32,000 bases of DNA from Promethearchaeum syntrophicum. GTDB lineage: Archaea; Asgardarchaeota; Lokiarchaeia; Sigyniarchaeales; Promethearchaeaceae. Under the pieces are notes generated by a model. That model had not been told where the DNA came from, made no database searches, and saw nothing but the letters and a program-made list of their open reading frames with translations. Below, piece after piece: positions 8,461 to 14,753 of the stretch (positions are counted from its first letter, which is position 1; each line of letters begins with the position of its first letter). The stretch lies in NCBI RefSeq assembly GCF_008000775.2, contig NZ_CP042905.2, positions 1,920,001-1,952,000 on the forward strand, read 5' to 3'. The position numbers and the translations under genes are program-made.

Positions 8461-8856
8461 AGTTGCAAATTTATCTTTGTTTTGGCTCTTTTTTTGGACC
8501 TTTTTTAAGTATAGTCTTAGATTTATCTTTGTTTCTGGACCTTTTTTAGGCAAAGTTGCAATTTTATCTTTGCTTCTGGACCTTTTACCAGGCTTTTTTT
8601 AGACTAAGTTGCAAATTTATCTTTTTTTGGGAGCATTTTGAAGCAAAGTTGCAGAATTATCTTTGCTAAAACATCATTAATGTCAAAAATATTGATTTGT
8701 CCATCTTTGTTTAAATGGTGAAATTTGAATTTTAGAGAAAAAAGAGAGTTGCAAATTTATCTTTTGGAATTAAAAATAATCGAAGTTTTTATACCCCTTT
8801 TCCGTAGTATAACCTTTTTTTTTTAGAGAAAAAAAAGAATTATAAATTTATCTTTT
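8461..8856. repeat. array of at least 7 same-orientation copies of a 19-nt motif (consensus AGTTGCAAATTTATCTTTG) in non-coding DNA
   Basis: Copies at 8461, 8513, 8554, 8607, 8647, 8747 and 8838 (spacing 52, 41, 53, 40, 100, 91 nt). The sequences between copies are also related (ctggacctttt). The shorter core TATCTTTG recurs at 8701-8709 and 8945-8953. Confidence 0.85.
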
Positions 8857-8993
8857 GGTAAAAAATCACCACGTAGATTTGAAAGTTTCATTTTTTTACT
8901 GATCCATTTCATTTGAGATTCAATATTTTTTGCATTTATTTCCGTTATCTTTGTTATGAGCCCTTGTTATTAATTCTGGGAAAGAAAAATCAC

Positions 8994-9067
8994 AATTTTT
9001 TGAATTTATTTCTGCTTTTTTGCTTTTATTTCCATTTTGTTTTGGTTTATTTCCGCTCCCCACAATT
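8994..9067. repeat. right arm of the long imperfect inverted repeat (pairs with 8119-8196)
   Basis: Contains three TTTATTTCC/TTTATTTCT units (two TTTATTTCC plus one TTTATTTCT variant), the reverse complement of GGAAATAAA. It ends ...tttatttccgctccccacaatt. Confidence 0.7.
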
Positions 9068-9132
9068 GTATGGGTAAATTTTATGGTGAAAGAATATAAA
9101 AATGGGAGAAAAAAAGAAGACGTAGGTATAAC

Positions 9133-9927
9133 CTATCGGTGAAACGAGACCATCCATGGGTATGGGCTTGGTAGTGGGTACGAAATTTGCACAAAATCCG
9201 GTTTTAGTGCAAAGAACTGGTCGTAAATCTTTCTATTGAAATTGTAGCTTTCCAATAAGCTTTCCTGCACGAACGTCCAATAGTTATTTTGAAGGCGGTC
9301 CCCCCAGTTATAATTCACAAAAGGGTACTGAGTAGCCAGATTATATGTGGATTTTTTTTTCTGATAAAACCAAGTAAAATGATAGTTCGGAACATCGTTG
9401 ATGTAATTTCCGGTCCAATGGATTCCGAATGATCCTTGAATCATTGAAGCATACATTTGATTTGGCTTATTTGTCATACCCCATACTTCCCAATTTTTCC
9501 CATCTATAGGATGTTCATTAAACAGACTCTTCACGAAGTTTTCAAGCGAGAAATCGAAAATCGGGTCGTTGTATGCGTTGTGAAGCCCAATCATGAACCA
9601 TTTAAACTCGGTCTCGGTCATAAGTGGGAAGTCTTTACCGATATGTTGACAATTCCGAAGTATTTGCATTTTTTCGGTAGGAGAATTACAAATATAAATC
9701 ATCGGCATCTTGTCAGCAAGCAGTTGCCCAGCATCCCAATCCTTTGTCTCGATATAACCTCTCTCGTATCCTCCGATCCGTTCAATCGCAACCAGATCGG
9801 TAATTTTTCCTGCTCTATTTTTTAAAGAGAGAAGAAAATCGTAGAAGATGGGTTTATTTTGCGTGCGAAGCATCTGATCAGCGATCCTTAAAGACGTTGT
9901 CATCTTATGCGTTTCACTAAATGTCAC
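9133..9927 (-). CDS. hypothetical protein (264 aa), Trp/Tyr/Asn-rich, no recognisable family; GC-elevated
   Basis: Long uninterrupted ORF with non-repetitive composition. No motif recognised. Confidence 0.5.
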   Translation of the reverse strand: MTFSETHKMTTSLRIADQMLRTQNKPIFYDFLLSLKNRAGKITDLVAIERIGGYERGYIETKDWDAGQLLADKMPMIYICNSPTEKMQILRNCQHIGKDFPLMTETEFKWFMIGLHNAYNDPIFDFSLENFVKSLFNEHPIDGKNWEVWGMTNKPNQMYASMIQGSFGIHWTGNYINDVPNYHFTWFYQKKKSTYNLATQYPFVNYNWGDRLQNNYWTFVQESLLESYNFNRKIYDQFFALKPDFVQISYPLPSPYPWMVSFHR

Positions 9928-9978
9928 TTGAACGGTTTCATCCCCGTGAACAAAGAGAAGATAATCCCAATAACCAAG

Positions 9979-11454
9979 ATGTCTTCCTCATTCAATTCCC
10001 CCATTTGGAATCAGACGTGGGATGGTTCTGCTTACGAGACTGGAACTTCGATCTGGAAGAATGAAAGTTATCTATATACAGCGGGATACACCAATAGTTT
10101 TGGAGCTGGATCTAGTGATCTCTTATTAATTAAATGGAATACTGATGGAAGCCAAATCTGGAATCGGACTTGGGGAGGCGAAGGAATAGAAGTTGGTGTA
10201 ACTGTCTGGGGAGATGAAAATTTTCTATATACAACAGGATACACCGACAGTTTTGGAGCGGGTAATTTTGATCTCTTTCTTATCAAATGGACCACTGAAG
10301 GAAATCAAATCTGGAATAGAACTTGGGGTGGTATGGACGACGATTTTGTTCGATCATTGTGGGGTGATGAAACATATTTATATACAACAGGATTGACAAA
10401 AAGTTTCAGCCCTGCAATATGTGATCTAGTCCTTATCAAATGGACCACTGAAGGAAATCAAATCTGGAATAGAACTTGGGGTGGTATGGATAGTGACATT
10501 GGTAATACTATCTGGGGGGATGAAAGTTTTCTATATACGACAGGATATACTAAAAGTTGTGGAAAAGGGGAAGGCGATCTTTTAATAGTTAAATGGGACA
10601 CCGATGGAACCCAAATCTGGAATCGGACTTGGGGTGGTACTCGTTTAGATTATGTTAATTCCGCATGGGGAAGTGGTTCGTATTTATATTTAACTGGTTA
10701 TACTGGAAGTTATAGTACTAATGATTATGACCTATTTCTAACAAAATGGGACATCGATGGAAATTTAATTTGGGAACAAATATTGAAAGGTTTTAATTAC
10801 GATAGAGGTAAATCTATTTGGAGTGATGGACTAAATTTATATGTACTTGGGACATTAAATACTTTGGGACCAAATATACGGGATTTCTTATTAATTAAAT
10901 GGGATACCGATGGTAACCAAATTTGGAACCAAACTTGGGGATACCCTGAAGATGATTTCGGCTATTCTATTTCGGGAGATGAAATATATTTATATCTGGT
11001 GGGGCATACTAAAAGTTCTTTTGTGAATGAGGGTGCTCTCTTTTTATCTAAAATTCATAAAACTGTTCTTCAAAAACCAATTTTCCAACACATTTCTCCA
11101 AATCCAGATCCCGATGGCAATATAACCTTGAATTGGAATAATGTTGCTGATGCTACATCTTACAGTCTTTATCGAAATACAAATCAAATTCCCAAAATAT
11201 CTGGTTTAGCACCGATTTCGGTATCTGCGACTACATCTTACTCAGACAATAATTTAACGAATAATACGTATTATTATGTAGTAGTTGCTAAAGATGAATA
11301 TCGAAAATCAGATATATCGAATTGTGAATTGGTGGAAGTGCAAATAGTCCCTCCGATTCCTAAAGAAGGTGGAATTTCTGGTTTTCCGTTTGGTTCTCTA
11401 TTATCTATTTGGAGTATGAGTATTATTTTCCTATTAGTAAAGAGAAGAAAATAG
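9979..11454 (+). CDS. surface protein: seven-blade SBBP-type beta-propeller + FN3/Ig-like domain + C-terminal TM anchor with basic tail
   Basis: Seven ~51-aa repeats of the form W(N/E)(R/Q)TWGG..D.G..IWGD..YLYTTGYT.SFG.G..DL.LIKW.T.GNQI. Then NITLNWNNVADATSYSLYR...YYYVVVAKDE (FN3-like). C-terminus SGFPFGSLLSIWSMSIIFLLVKRRK. I prefer the ATG at 9979 over the track start at 9907, which would overlap the divergent gene. Confidence 0.8.
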   Translation: MSSSFNSPIWNQTWDGSAYETGTSIWKNESYLYTAGYTNSFGAGSSDLLLIKWNTDGSQIWNRTWGGEGIEVGVTVWGDENFLYTTGYTDSFGAGNFDLFLIKWTTEGNQIWNRTWGGMDDDFVRSLWGDETYLYTTGLTKSFSPAICDLVLIKWTTEGNQIWNRTWGGMDSDIGNTIWGDESFLYTTGYTKSCGKGEGDLLIVKWDTDGTQIWNRTWGGTRLDYVNSAWGSGSYLYLTGYTGSYSTNDYDLFLTKWDIDGNLIWEQILKGFNYDRGKSIWSDGLNLYVLGTLNTLGPNIRDFLLIKWDTDGNQIWNQTWGYPEDDFGYSISGDEIYLYLVGHTKSSFVNEGALFLSKIHKTVLQKPIFQHISPNPDPDGNITLNWNNVADATSYSLYRNTNQIPKISGLAPISVSATTSYSDNNLTNNTYYYVVVAKDEYRKSDISNCELVEVQIVPPIPKEGGISGFPFGSLLSIWSMSIIFLLVKRRK

Positions 11455-11471
11455 TCCTTGTAGTTTTTATC

Positions 11472-11482
11472 TTTTTTTTTTT
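11472..11482 (+). terminator. oligo-T tract (T11), candidate archaeal intrinsic terminator
   Basis: T11 run 18 nt downstream of the stop at 11454. Confidence 0.35.
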
Positions 11483-11771
11483 ATCGTATCTTTCAGAAAG
11501 TCTATAGTAATCATCAAATCTTTCTAATTTCATCAGAAATATTTAATGAATTAATTGGTAAAGACATGGTTTATGATAACAAACTTTTCCATACAATCTC
11601 CCTCCCTCCAGTTATTTCAATGATACTTTATCACAAATTTTTTGATAAATCGTTATTAAATTCTTCATCTCTTATTTTTTCTGTTTAGAATATAGGGAGA
11701 GACTATAAGAACTAAAGTTAAAATTAATTTTCTTAGATTATTTTGAAATTATAATTGAGTTTGATTAAAAG

Positions 11772-12311
11772 ATGGGATTAGAATGTAGCAAATGTGGATT
11801 AAAAATGGAGACCAAACCTCTAGATTGTGGGTATAGTATGACTATGAACAATGAAACCAACCAATGGGAATGTAATATGGGAAAATGTGGAGTAATTTCG
11901 TTTGAAAATTTTCTCTGTGAAAATTGTTGTGTCAACAGTAGTATAATGGAAATTTTTAATGGATTTGAGCGCTTAGCGAAAGAAAACCTTGAATTTCGTG
12001 AAGAATTAGAAGAGTTAAAAACGACTTTTGTTCAAATTAGTTTATCAAATCCCGATTTTACGTATTGGGTGGAATTTGGGAACTGTAAATTTAAAGTTGG
12101 ATGGGGAGAAATAAGTAATGCAACAATTAAAATTAGGTGCTCTCAAGACGTTTGGAGCAAAATTCTTTCTGGGAAAGCAGTAAGTTTTATCGAATTTTTC
12201 AAAAGAAATCTTAAAATTGAGGGAGATCTTCAATATGGGGTTTTATACCTTGATTTACTTGAATTAGCTTCGGAAATTAGCCAAGATAAAGGAGTGTTAA
12301 ATAATGAATAA
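11772..12311 (+). CDS. Cys-rich zinc-ribbon N-terminus fused to SCP2 sterol-carrier/lipid-binding domain
   Basis: N-terminus CSKCG...C...CNMGKCG...CENCC. C-terminus NATIKIRCSQDVWSKILSGKAVSFIEFFKRNLKIEGDLQYGVLYLDL parallels the SCP2 block ..TI.M...DF..L..GK.....AFF.GKLKI.G.....A.KL..L. Confidence 0.7.
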   Translation: MGLECSKCGLKMETKPLDCGYSMTMNNETNQWECNMGKCGVISFENFLCENCCVNSSIMEIFNGFERLAKENLEFREELEELKTTFVQISLSNPDFTYWVEFGNCKFKVGWGEISNATIKIRCSQDVWSKILSGKAVSFIEFFKRNLKIEGDLQYGVLYLDLLELASEISQDKGVLNNE

Positions 12312-13056
12312 AACTGTCGTGTGGGGCCATAGGGGTGCGGGTTTTAGGGGAATCGAAAATACAATGCCATCATTTAAGAAAGCAGTTGATATGGGTGTTG
12401 ATGGTATTAAAACCGAAGCGCAACATTCAAAAGATGGGAAAATATTTTTGAGTTCTCAGGAAAGTTTAAAAAGAAATGGCGAATATGTAGCCTTTAAGGA
12501 TATGGATAGTAAAGAGATTAACAACTTAAGAACAGATAATAATAAAGAAGTTCTATCTCTCACTGAACTATTCAACGAATTTAAAGGTAAAAATATCCGT
12601 TATAATTTCGATATCAAAGAGCCTGAGATTGGTATAAAAATTATTGAAATTGCACGTCAGTTTAATTTAGTTGATAAAATCGAGTTAGCGAAAACAGCGA
12701 CGGATTCTTCTCCGCTGCCAAAAATCTTTGGTAAAATTAGAGAATTCGATCAGGATGTTACCTTAATAAATAGTTTATTTCTAAAGAATGCAACTAATGA
12801 GAAAAACCATCTCGAATTAGAGAGCATGCGAGAATTAAATATCCAAGGGATTAATGTGAAATATAATTATGCAAATTTTGAATTATTTAAATTGGTTAAA
12901 GACAACGGATTTAAATTCTATGTGTGGGGGGTCCTCTTTAATAGATCAATGCAAAAACTTTTAAAGATGAATTACAATGGTCAATCAGTAGATTCTATGA
13001 TGTCAAATTTTCCTGATCGATTAGTCCGATTAAGAAATAAATTTCAAACAAGCTAA
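12304..13056 (+). CDS. glycerophosphodiester phosphodiesterase (GDPD) family protein
   Basis: VVWGHRGAGFRGIENTMPSFKKAVDMGVDGIKTEAQHSKDGKIFL matches the GDPD N-terminal HRG...ENT...A...G.D.iE.D...skDg signature. It overlaps the upstream gene by 8 nt (ATGAATAA). Confidence 0.75.
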   Translation: MNKTVVWGHRGAGFRGIENTMPSFKKAVDMGVDGIKTEAQHSKDGKIFLSSQESLKRNGEYVAFKDMDSKEINNLRTDNNKEVLSLTELFNEFKGKNIRYNFDIKEPEIGIKIIEIARQFNLVDKIELAKTATDSSPLPKIFGKIREFDQDVTLINSLFLKNATNEKNHLELESMRELNIQGINVKYNYANFELFKLVKDNGFKFYVWGVLFNRSMQKLLKMNYNGQSVDSMMSNFPDRLVRLRNKFQTS

Positions 13057-13159
13057 GAATTTTTTAACTAGCAAATTTTTTTATCCTACTTTTACACCCA
13101 TAAAGATTATTGTAATTTTTTCCTTGATTTTGAGTAATTCTTCAAAATTCATTATTAAA

Positions 13160-13681
13160 TTAAGGTTTTATGAGGTTATTTAAAATATTTATTGCTTCTT
13201 CGGGTGTTTGAGCGTTAATTATTTCATCTTTTCTTTTATTATCGATTTTGCTATCTGCTAATTTTGCCGACCATCCACCAGTTGTGCTTAGTGAGACAAT
13301 TTTTTTGCCCATTTTCCAAGCAAAAGCAATTTCGCTTAATGTTCCACTCTCACCAGCGATTGTAATAATTGCATCTGCAGTGGATACTAAAATTAAATTG
13401 CGTGCTTCCCCCATCCCAGTCGGAATGATGAGATCAACATAACTATTGGCAGATTTTTTATCTAAACTAGGAAGGAACCCAATCGTAAAACCTTGCTCGG
13501 ATTTTGCCCCTTTACAGACTGCCTCCATTACACCAAATCGACCTCCACAAACTAAAGCAAAATTTTCCTTTGCAATTAATCTTCCCAATTTTTCGGCAGT
13601 TTTGTAGATTTCGTCATCTAATTCTCCAGAGCCAGAGCCTATTACTCCTATTAGACCATTAAATTCAGAAAACTGTTTCAA
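13160..13681 (-). CDS. LOG-family / TIGR00725-type Rossmann-fold protein
   Basis: IGVIGSGSG..., VCGGRFGVMEA and AGESGTLSEIAFA correspond to the GGGxxGxM and PGGxGTxxE motifs of the LOG family. Apparent TTG start overlaps the upstream stop (TTGA). Confidence 0.7.
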   Translation of the reverse strand: MKQFSEFNGLIGVIGSGSGELDDEIYKTAEKLGRLIAKENFALVCGGRFGVMEAVCKGAKSEQGFTIGFLPSLDKKSANSYVDLIIPTGMGEARNLILVSTADAIITIAGESGTLSEIAFAWKMGKKIVSLSTTGGWSAKLADSKIDNKRKDEIINAQTPEEAINILNNLIKP

Positions 13682-14664
13682 AAATATTCCTCCAAAAGAA
13701 TTTCTTCATTTTCTCCATATTTTAAGCGAATTTCATTTTTATCTTGGACTTCTCCAATTTCATAGAATTTCATATTTGCATTATACACTAAGTCAATTAA
13801 TTCATTTTTCGTTTCATTTTTACCAGATATCAAAAATCCAGAGGTTAGAAACAAGAAAATGAATTGTTCAGTAGAAAATTGTAAATTATCTGAAATTATA
13901 TGTGATTCTAAAATATTTAAATCAATTTTTGCTCCTAGTTTCGCATATTGCATCATCTGGAATAAGGTTCCCAGAATCCCCCCATTGGATATATCCTTAC
14001 ATGCTGTAATATATTTCTTGTCAATTGCTGGGGATAAAAATGATCGTTTATGGAAAAATTCCTCACTGCTTTTCATAGTGATTGTGTTCCAATAATTTTT
14101 ATTTGTAGCTGACGTTTTTCCATCAGGATCCCAAACAACTGCTAAAAAATCACCTGAATTTGATCCTCCTGCTGATAAATAATGTTCTACTGTAGTATTT
14201 CCAATGATTGTCGAAGAGATTGCTAAAGATGGAGAATCTGTAGTTGTATGACCGCGAATTAATGGAGTTTTAAAAACTTTTGTTGCGTCTAATACCCCAG
14301 AAAAGATTTTTTTACCAATATTATCATCGCCATATGCAATTGTAATGGTACTTGCTAAAGGAGTTCCACCACAAGCAAAAATATCATCAATTCCAACATA
14401 AATCGCTGAAAAACCAGCACCATATGGGGATTTTTCGATAAATGTTGGGAGAAGTGCATCGGTTGTTAAAAGGATTAAATCTTTAGATGTGGGTGTTAGC
14501 TGAATTGCTGCTGAATCTTCACCATGACTTGCATAAATTTGTGAAGAATTATAGCCATTTGCGCGAATCTTTTCTAATATTGGTATTAATTTTCTCTTTT
14601 CTTGAATATTTCTTGAATTTTCAAATTTATCAACAATTGAATGTAAGTTCATCTCTTTAATCAT
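13678..14664 (-). CDS. AIR synthase-related protein (PurM/ThiL/HypE/SelD superfamily)
   Basis: HGEDSAAIQL...LLTTDAL...GFSAIYVGIDDIFACGGTPLA is the N-terminal ATP-grasp-like PurM-family dimerisation/active-site pattern. The C-terminal domain CKDISNGGILGTL is typical. Confidence 0.7.
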   Translation of the reverse strand: MIKEMNLHSIVDKFENSRNIQEKRKLIPILEKIRANGYNSSQIYASHGEDSAAIQLTPTSKDLILLTTDALLPTFIEKSPYGAGFSAIYVGIDDIFACGGTPLASTITIAYGDDNIGKKIFSGVLDATKVFKTPLIRGHTTTDSPSLAISSTIIGNTTVEHYLSAGGSNSGDFLAVVWDPDGKTSATNKNYWNTITMKSSEEFFHKRSFLSPAIDKKYITACKDISNGGILGTLFQMMQYAKLGAKIDLNILESHIISDNLQFSTEQFIFLFLTSGFLISGKNETKNELIDLVYNANMKFYEIGEVQDKNEIRLKYGENEEILLEEYF

Positions 14665-14753
14665 TAGCTTTCATTTGTTATATGATTTTTTTAATTTTTT
14701 TTTTTTAATTTTTGCCTAAAATTTATCTATGATAACGCAAGATAATTCAATTA

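Noticed and set aside
8461-8856. Possible CRISPR array (regularly spaced 19-nt repeats)
   Set aside because: The repeat is short (19 nt) and degenerate. Spacing is irregular (40-100 nt). The inter-repeat sequences are related to one another (ctggacctttt...). This is therefore a decayed tandem repeat or iteron array, not repeat plus unique spacers. No cas genes are in the window.
8119-9067. Calling the repeat block a chromosomal replication origin outright
   Set aside because: No orc1/cdc6 gene is adjacent. The iterons lack the TCCA...TGGA dyad of classical archaeal ORB/mini-ORB elements. I retained it only as one of several hypotheses in the findings.
9907-9978. Track start of the propeller gene at 9907
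   Set aside because: It would overlap the divergent gene 9133-9927 by 21 nt and adds a non-hydrophobic 24-aa leader. The ATG at 9979 leaves a 51-bp divergent promoter region. Neither start yields a signal peptide.
8301-11553. About 32-nt direct repeat (8303-8336 vs 11520-11553: tttctaa..tttcatcagaaat.ttt.aa) as possible attL/attR of an integrated element
   Set aside because: The longest exact core is only 13 nt in an AT-rich genome, where chance matches of that length are expected in 32 kb. No integrase lies between the copies. I kept it only as a note supporting the island boundary near 11.5 kb.
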